Shown here: in pieces, positions 58,151 through 64,000 of the stretch
Layout of the letters: each line of letters opens with the position of its first letter
How positions within the stretch are numbered: position 1 is the first letter of the stretch
Assembly (NCBI GenBank): GCA_963664705.1
Contig: OY761556.1
Location: 128,001 to 192,000, forward strand
Reading direction: 5' to 3'
Length of the DNA: 64,000 bases
DNA from: Acidobacteriota bacterium
Lineage (GTDB): Bacteria; Acidobacteriota; UBA6911
Translations under genes and position numbers: made by a program
The notes under the pieces: generated by a model
Database searches by the model: none
What the model was told of the DNA's origin: nothing
What the model saw: only the letters and a program-made list of their open reading frames with translations

Positions 58151-59257
58151 TCAGTGACTGTCAGAGCCAGCCGGAATCAAGTGAACGGAAGCGGGTGGAA
58201 AGAAGGCGCAAATCTCCTGTCCCTCCTCCAGATTCATCTTTGAAAAACTCTCGCGGGTTACGAGAGATACCAGCGGGATGCCGCAATCCAGGCTCAGCCT
58301 GGCAAACGGTCCCATCGAATAAATATGGGTGATCTTTCCTGCAAGGATATTTTGCGAACCCTCCGGGTCATTCATTTCCTGTGTGCCGACGCGGATATTT
58401 TCCGGACGTATGCAGCATAAAACCGCTTCGCCCGGCTGACCATTGCCGTACGCACGGATTTCCTTTCCGGCAACCGAGATTGCCTGCTGCCCTTCAGCGG
58501 AGCGCAAAACGGTTCCACTCAAGATGACTTCCATGCCAACAAGCTTTGCGACAAATTCGTTGACCGGATTCTGCATGACATCCGAAGGGCTCCCAAGTTG
58601 CGCGATCCGGCCAAGGTTCATGACGGCAATTCGCCTGGACAGAGTCAATGCCTCAAATTCCACATGGGTCACCATGACGGTGGTTGTTCCGGTTGCCTGA
58701 ACGACTTTGTCGAGATCGTGAATTACGCCGTGACGCGTAGGGGGATCCAGCGCGGAGAAGGGTTCGTCCAGCAAAATGATCTCGGGTTCAATCGCAAAGG
58801 CTCGAGCCAGGCTGGCACGCTGGGATTCTCCCCCTGAAAGCTTGCGTGCGGAGCGCTCGGCCAGGTGCCCGATGCTGAACAGATTCAGATATTTTTCAAC
58901 ACGCTCCCGGATACGATTCTTTGAGAGTCCACGGAATTTCAGCCCCGCGGCCACATTATTGTAGACGGAGGTGTCGAACAGCAGCGGTTCCTGGAAGACC
59001 ATGGCTATTTTTCTGCGAAACCGAAATATCGCCTCATGGGAATCCAGAGGTTTGCCTCGATAGGAGATACTGCCGGAAACAGGCTTCAGAAGACAGGCCA
59101 GCGTCAACAGCAGGGTTGACTTGCCGCTCCCGTTTGGGCCCACAACGGTCAGGACTTCCTTGTCATTGAGGCGCAAAGACGGGATGTCGAGGACAAGAAC
59201 ATTGCCAAGCGCAACCCTGAGATCTTCGGCTGACAGGAGGATGTCTGAAGCGCTCAC
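58151..59257 (-). CDS. tupC: Tungstate ABC transporter ATPase with TOBE domain
   Basis: GPNGSGKST, LSGGESQR, LLDEPF; C-terminal TOBE; in operon with tupAB. Confidence 0.85.
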   Translation of the reverse strand: MSASDILLSAEDLRVALGNVLVLDIPSLRLNDKEVLTVVGPNGSGKSTLLLTLACLLKPVSGSISYRGKPLDSHEAIFRFRRKIAMVFQEPLLFDTSVYNNVAAGLKFRGLSKNRIRERVEKYLNLFSIGHLAERSARKLSGGESQRASLARAFAIEPEIILLDEPFSALDPPTRHGVIHDLDKVVQATGTTTVMVTHVEFEALTLSRRIAVMNLGRIAQLGSPSDVMQNPVNEFVAKLVGMEVILSGTVLRSAEGQQAISVAGKEIRAYGNGQPGEAVLCCIRPENIRVGTQEMNDPEGSQNILAGKITHIYSMGPFARLSLDCGIPLVSLVTRESFSKMNLEEGQEICAFFPPASVHLIPAGSDSH

Positions 59258-59952
59258 CGGGGCCTCTCGCGCTGCTGTATCAAGGTAAAGAGATAGTTTA
59301 CAAGGAATACCAGGGCCAGCAGGATGATCGAAAGTGCAAAAGCAATATCGAAATTTCCCCTTCCTGTTTCCATCACCGTTGCCGTGGTCAAAACTCTCGA
59401 GTATCCTTTGACGTTCCCACCCACCATGATGGAGGCGCCAATTTCCGAGATCACTCCGCCGAATCCTGCCATGACGGCGGCCATGAATGGTAAACGGGCT
59501 TCTCGGGCAAGCAGCCAGACCATCTGCAGACGCGTTGCCCCCAGAGATAGAATCTGCATTCGAAGCATTGGGGGAAGACTCTGGAGTGCTGCGACGGACA
59601 GGCCCATGACAATAGGCGTGGCAATCACAACCTGAGCCAGAATCATTGCACCTGGTGTGAACAGTAGATTTAGAAAACCGAGCGGGCCATTACGCCACAG
59701 GATTACCGTAACAAAAAGCCCGACCACAACCGGGGGCAGTCCCATTCCCGTATTAATGGCACTGATTACGAGTTTCTTGCCGGGAAACTGTGTCAGTGCA
59801 ATTACCATTCCCAGCGAAATCCCGATGACGACACTGATGAGCGTGGCGGTTCCGGAAACCTTGAGTGACAGCCATGTAATGGCCAGCACCTCGCGATCGA
59901 GCGATGCGATGAGGCGAAAGGCTTTCAAAAGGCCTTCAAGAATCAGATCCAC
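59254..59952 (-). CDS. tupB: Tungstate ABC transporter permease
   Basis: GLPPVVVGL, LLFTP.AM, GFGGVISEIGA..VGGN, RVLTTA. Confidence 0.92.
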   Translation of the reverse strand: MDLILEGLLKAFRLIASLDREVLAITWLSLKVSGTATLISVVIGISLGMVIALTQFPGKKLVISAINTGMGLPPVVVGLFVTVILWRNGPLGFLNLLFTPGAMILAQVVIATPIVMGLSVAALQSLPPMLRMQILSLGATRLQMVWLLAREARLPFMAAVMAGFGGVISEIGASIMVGGNVKGYSRVLTTATVMETGRGNFDIAFALSIILLALVFLVNYLFTLIQQRERPR

Positions 59953-60807
59953 CTAGTAGGTCTCCATGTCTTTTCTTCCGGCATCCGGGAAGAAAAGCGG
60001 CGTGCCATATTTTTCAATGCCAAATGTCCGGATAATCTGCTGCCCCTTGGGCGAAACCAGAAAATCCGAGAATGCCTTGGCTCCACTGGAGTTCACCTTG
60101 GGCCATTTTGCCGCACTCACTTCCATGACGTGATAAACATTTAGCAGTAATGGATCTCCCTCAACCAGGATATTGAGTCCGAGAGTTTTCTTTAGCGATA
60201 GATAGGTTCCTCTGTCGGCGAGGGTATAGCCCCTTTTTTCGGCTGTAACATTCAGTGTCTGCCCCATGCCAAGGCCCGTTTGTTGATACCATGCCTGGCC
60301 GTCCACGGTCAGATCTGCTGCTTTCCAGAGTTTCTTTTCAAGAGCGTGTGTCCCGGAATTGTCGCTGCGCGAGAAGAACTGGGCTTTGCGTTGAGCAACT
60401 TTCAGCAACGCATCCTTTGCCGATTTCATCCCTTTGATTTTTGCGGGATCCGCCGGCGGTCCGACAATAACGAAGTCATTGTGCATGACCAGCCTTCGGT
60501 TGATGCCAAAACCCTGTCCAACCACCTGTTTTTCGGCATCCGGTGAGTGGGCCAGAAGAACATCCGCTTCTCCCTTTTCTCCCATTTTCAGCGCCTGGCC
60601 GGAACCAACGGCAATCGTTTTTACAATGTAGCCGCTTTCCTTCTCGAAAACCGGGATCAGCACGTCGAGCAATCCGGAATCCTGCGTGCTGGTTGTGGTT
60701 GCCAAGATTATGCTTTTGTTCTCCTGGGCGATGCCTGATGGCAAAATGCAAGCAGCAAGCAAGAAGAGCAGCAGAGTTGCTGATGACAGGCGTTTTCCGC
60801 AGGGCAT
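59953..60807 (-). CDS. tupA: Tungstate-binding protein
   Basis: Signature ATTTSTQDSGLL; AVGSGQAL; MHNDF; SRSDNSGTH. Confidence 0.93.
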   Translation of the reverse strand: MPCGKRLSSATLLLFLLAACILPSGIAQENKSIILATTTSTQDSGLLDVLIPVFEKESGYIVKTIAVGSGQALKMGEKGEADVLLAHSPDAEKQVVGQGFGINRRLVMHNDFVIVGPPADPAKIKGMKSAKDALLKVAQRKAQFFSRSDNSGTHALEKKLWKAADLTVDGQAWYQQTGLGMGQTLNVTAEKRGYTLADRGTYLSLKKTLGLNILVEGDPLLLNVYHVMEVSAAKWPKVNSSGAKAFSDFLVSPKGQQIIRTFGIEKYGTPLFFPDAGRKDMETY

Positions 60808-60962
60808 AGACCCACCTCCCGTTTAAACCAAGATCTTATACGAAATCGGCCGATGCGCAAACCTCGAAGACTCCTGTTTCAGGCGCCAGGAGCATTCGAG
60901 ACGTCTGGGGACTTTGAGATCGAAGTTTGATCAGGATTTTAAATGTCGGAGAATGGTTTGCG

Positions 60963-61208
60963 TCAATGCTTCTGTTGTTGCTCGATGGAATAGAGCGCAA
61001 GCAGGAGATCGATAATATCCTTTACTCGGGAAAGAAGTTCCTCCGATCCGCCGCTTTTTTGTCCCTCTATGTGTGTGCGAACCCAGTATTCGATAATCGG
61101 AACCTCGGTCAGCGCTTTTTCCAGCGTTTTCCTCATGAGGTTGCTGTCTTTTTCGAGTCGCTCGATCCAGCCTAATACTTCACCCGGATCAAAATCAGCC
61201 AGTTCCAT
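60963..61208 (-). CDS. Small hypothetical helical protein
   Basis: 81-codon ATG ORF with amphipathic pattern filling the gap between aldehyde dehydrogenase and tupA. Confidence 0.35.
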   Translation of the reverse strand: MELADFDPGEVLGWIERLEKDSNLMRKTLEKALTEVPIIEYWVRTHIEGQKSGGSEELLSRVKDIIDLLLALYSIEQQQKH

Positions 61209-61464
61209 AGATATCCCTATCCGCGTTCTCGCTACGCCAGTAAATACGCGGGCCGGCAACGCATGTTTCTGGAGAAAGGCTCTAGGGGTTTCCCGATCGT
61301 CTTCCTTCTGGGCTTATCGCAGCAATGGGCAAAATTCTCTGTTGTCTGAAGGAGGAATATAATGGATACCGGTGAGCAATACATCAGGACCAAGGCAAAC
61401 TCATTTCCTTTATGCTCCCGCGAAAACCCAAGCGAGGCGGTTGGATGATGCGGGATGGGAGTTT

Positions 61465-62895
61465 TTATCTTCCGCGCTTCACCAGCTTAATCGTCTGAAG
61501 CGTCGTATACTCCTCGAGCCCGTAGCGGCCGAATTCCACGCCGATTCCGGATTCCTTGACTCCGCCAAAAGGGGCGTTGGGCTGAATGGCCGCGTGATCG
61601 TTAATCCAGGCAGTTCCGCACTCCAGCCGGCCGGCGAGCTCTTTTGCCTTGTTTAAATCACTGGACCAAATGGAGCCGCCTAATCCGTAGCAGCTTCGAT
61701 TGGCTCTTTGAATCGCATCCTCGACATCGGAATATTTGATGATCGGGAGAATAGGGCCAAATTGCTCTTCATCGACAAGCCTTGAGCCGTCTTCAATGTC
61801 TGCAACCAGCGTGATCGGAAAAAAATATCCCGGGCCTTGCATTGGTTCACCGCCACAGAGGAATCGTGCCCCCGCTCTCCTGGAGTCCTCGGCCAGCGCG
61901 CAGACGAAATCCAGTTGATCTTTGTTTTGGAGCGGGCCGAAATCCACATCTTCCAGAAGGCCATTGCCGACCTTCACCGTCCCGGCAATCGATGCCATTT
62001 CCCTGCCTATGGCTTCGTATATGCTTTCATGAACATACAGCCTCTTCAGACAGGCACAGGTTTGCCCGCTGTTGTGAAATCCCACTCTGAAAAGCTCTGG
62101 TGCAACCTCTTTCGGATCCACATCCGGAAGCACAATACCGGCATCGTTTCCTCCCAGTTCCAGCGTGCATCGTTTGAGGCTCGCTGCCCCATTTTTCATG
62201 ATGCTCTTCCCGGTCGGCGTTGATCCCGTGAAGACGATCTTTCTGATCCCGGGATGGCTGGCCATCGCGCTTCCAATGCCGTTTTCGGCGGTCAGGATGT
62301 TCAGCACTCCCGGCGGTAGGATTTCATTGGCAAGTTCCACAAATCGCAGTGTTGCCAATGGAGTGAGGGAGGAAGGTTTGATGATGACTGTGTTGCCGGA
62401 TCGGATCGCCGGCATCATGTGCCAGATCGCGATCATGAGGGGCCAGTTCCATGGAGGAATGGAGCCCACAACGCCAATGGGTTTGCGATAGGCCTCTACG
62501 CGGGCTTCTGCATTGTCTTGAATAAGGTCCACCGGGAGCGCCAATTCGGCCGTTGCCCGGGTCCAGCCGACCGCGCCTCCCAACTCCATGCCGGCTCCGA
62601 TTCCCTGGTACCCTCTCAGCGGCTTTCCACTCTCCCGGGTCAACAATTCCATCAACTCCGCACTGTTTTTTTCGAGAATATCCGCCAAAGCGTTCACTTT
62701 CGCCTTGCGCGTGTTGTCTTCCTCTGACCTCCAGGATGCAAAAGCGTTTTCCGCGGCGTCGACCGCCTGGTCCAGGTGAGTGCTTTCTGCTGCCGGGCAT
62801 TGGGCAAAGACTTCGCCCGTAGCCGGATTGCGCACTCCAAACGTTCTCTGTGTGGATATCTTTTTGCCGTTGATGATCAGTCCGTATGTACTCAT
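61465..62895 (-). CDS. NAD(P)-dependent aldehyde dehydrogenase
   Basis: PWNWP, KPS, FTGSTPTG, LELGGND, SGQTCAC, EEQFGP, PFGGVKESG. Confidence 0.95.
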   Translation of the reverse strand: MSTYGLIINGKKISTQRTFGVRNPATGEVFAQCPAAESTHLDQAVDAAENAFASWRSEEDNTRKAKVNALADILEKNSAELMELLTRESGKPLRGYQGIGAGMELGGAVGWTRATAELALPVDLIQDNAEARVEAYRKPIGVVGSIPPWNWPLMIAIWHMMPAIRSGNTVIIKPSSLTPLATLRFVELANEILPPGVLNILTAENGIGSAMASHPGIRKIVFTGSTPTGKSIMKNGAASLKRCTLELGGNDAGIVLPDVDPKEVAPELFRVGFHNSGQTCACLKRLYVHESIYEAIGREMASIAGTVKVGNGLLEDVDFGPLQNKDQLDFVCALAEDSRRAGARFLCGGEPMQGPGYFFPITLVADIEDGSRLVDEEQFGPILPIIKYSDVEDAIQRANRSCYGLGGSIWSSDLNKAKELAGRLECGTAWINDHAAIQPNAPFGGVKESGIGVEFGRYGLEEYTTLQTIKLVKRGR

Positions 62896-63020
62896 AACCG
62901 GTTTCTCCGCATTTCAGGATAGGGGCTTTGTCTTGGCGCCGAATGGCCAGACAGTCGTGATTGCAAGCTGAAGACGAAAGCGCATTTGCGATACCGCCTC
63001 ACCAGGGAACTTCTGTAAAA

Positions 63021-63070
63021 TGGACAAAATATAATAAAAAATAACAAAAGCAATTAAAATATAACAATAG
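63021..63070. promoter_or_regulatory. Five 10-bp phased repeats (ATAACAAAA-like) between divergent genes
   Basis: tggacaaaat / ataataaaaa / ataacaaaag / caattaaaat / ataacaatag. Confidence 0.5.
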
Positions 63071-63226
63071 AGCTGGCGAATTGGGTTGTGGGAAAAGAGA
63101 ACGGATATAGAGTTTGAACCGGAAACTGTCTTGGATTGCGCAATATTGATTCCCTGCGGCCGGATACCCATTACAATAGGTATTCGAGCTCGCTAAAAAT
63201 CGGAGCAGAAAGCGGGAAATGGGGGA

Positions 63227-64000
63227 ATGAGCCTAGCCTTTATCTGGAGTATTTTTGTCAGCAATCTGCTGCCCATTCTTCTGTGTGCCGGGACAGGCTT
63301 TGTATTGGGTCGAACGATCCGACCGGATATCAAAACCGCGTCGCATCTGGCCTTTTTTATATTCAGTCCCTGCCTTGTTTTTGTTTCTTTGACGCACGTG
63401 GCCATTCCGGCTGCGGAATTTTCCAGGCTGGCGCTGTTCACGGTTGCAGTGACTCTTGTGATAGGGGCCTGTGCATTCCTGACTGGGAAAGTTTTGCGGG
63501 TTGAAAGGCATTTGCTGGTGAGCCTGATGGTTTCGTCCATGTTCGTGAATGGAGGGAACTATGGTCTTGCCGCAACAAAGTTTGCTTTTGGTGAACAGGC
63601 CCTGGCGCGGGCAATGGTGTGTTTCGTATCCGGGACTGTCGCTATTTACACTCTGGGTGTGTTGCTTTCGTCTATGGGAAAGCTGCCGGTATGGGATGCT
63701 TTTCGCCAGCTGTTGAAGGTCCCGGCTGTCTACAGTATTCTTGCGGCGCTCCTGGTCCTTCGGACAAATATCCGGGTGCCGCTGTTTGTCGATCGCTCGG
63801 TGACTCTTCTGGGGGATGCATCCATTCCTTTGATGCTGGTGATATTGGGGCTGCAAATTGCCCAGGCGCGCATCTGGCCGCGCGGACGGCTCCGGCTGAT
63901 CTCAAGCGCGGCATTTCTGCAACTCGTAATGACTCCACTGGTCTCGCTTCTCGTTGCGCATTTTATGGGGATGACCGGTGTATCCCGCCAGGCTGCAGTT
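63227..64000 (+). CDS. AEC (auxin efflux carrier / malate permease) family transporter, 3' truncated by the window
   Basis: Not in the ORF track; read manually as MSLAFIWSIFVSNLLPILL...FFIFSPCLVF...NGGNYGL, open to the window end. Confidence 0.85.
   Translation, partial: MSLAFIWSIFVSNLLPILLCAGTGFVLGRTIRPDIKTASHLAFFIFSPCLVFVSLTHVAIPAAEFSRLALFTVAVTLVIGACAFLTGKVLRVERHLLVSLMVSSMFVNGGNYGLAATKFAFGEQALARAMVCFVSGTVAIYTLGVLLSSMGKLPVWDAFRQLLKVPAVYSILAALLVLRTNIRVPLFVDRSVTLLGDASIPLMLVILGLQIAQARIWPRGRLRLISSAAFLQLVMTPLVSLLVAHFMGMTGVSRQAAV

Noticed and set aside
60864-60901. Hairpin upstream of tupA as a Moco/Wco riboswitch
   Set aside because: It is a single stem-loop without the multi-stem Moco motif consensus.

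Overview
Bacterial window, about 55% GC, from a diderm anaerobe. The gene content suggests Acidobacteriota, but that is inference only. It has three parts. (1) 1-9.6 kb: mixed housekeeping genes (PBP transpeptidase, FHA protein, DUF421, sugar-phosphate nucleotidyltransferase, glnD, HAD, DUF3810, OMP) and an internally deleted GxxExxY remnant between inverted repeats. (2) 10.3-23.8 kb, minus strand: an [FeFe]-hydrogenase operon with a perfect Rex box upstream, in the order rex, hydC, hydB fused to a GltD/NfnB-like domain, hydA, REC, sensory hydrogenase-histidine kinase fusion, REC, REC-HK, aspA, hydF. IS4-type MITEs that target a REP-like repeat interrupt and flank it. (3) 24.1-63 kb: a tungsten/pterin-associated island. 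It holds two paralogous TonB receptors with an unusual N-terminal domain, three FecBCD-type ABC systems, a GIDDTD (TiaS-N-like) protein, a diheme protein and a small exported protein with Cys-less sulfite-oxidase-like folds, an AmmeMemoRadiSam-like radical SAM, a circularly permuted AlkP-like protein, DUF364, exported methyltransferase and deaminase, MoaD, two AOR-family enzymes with Tat ferredoxins, an Xis-HTH/PBP regulator, tupABC plus a variant tupA, and an aldehyde dehydrogenase. The best candidates for new biology are the island as a W-cofactor/metallophore scavenging system, 10-bp phased operator repeats, and two sibling sRNA candidates whose shared 5' seed can pair with a ribosome-binding site inside the island.
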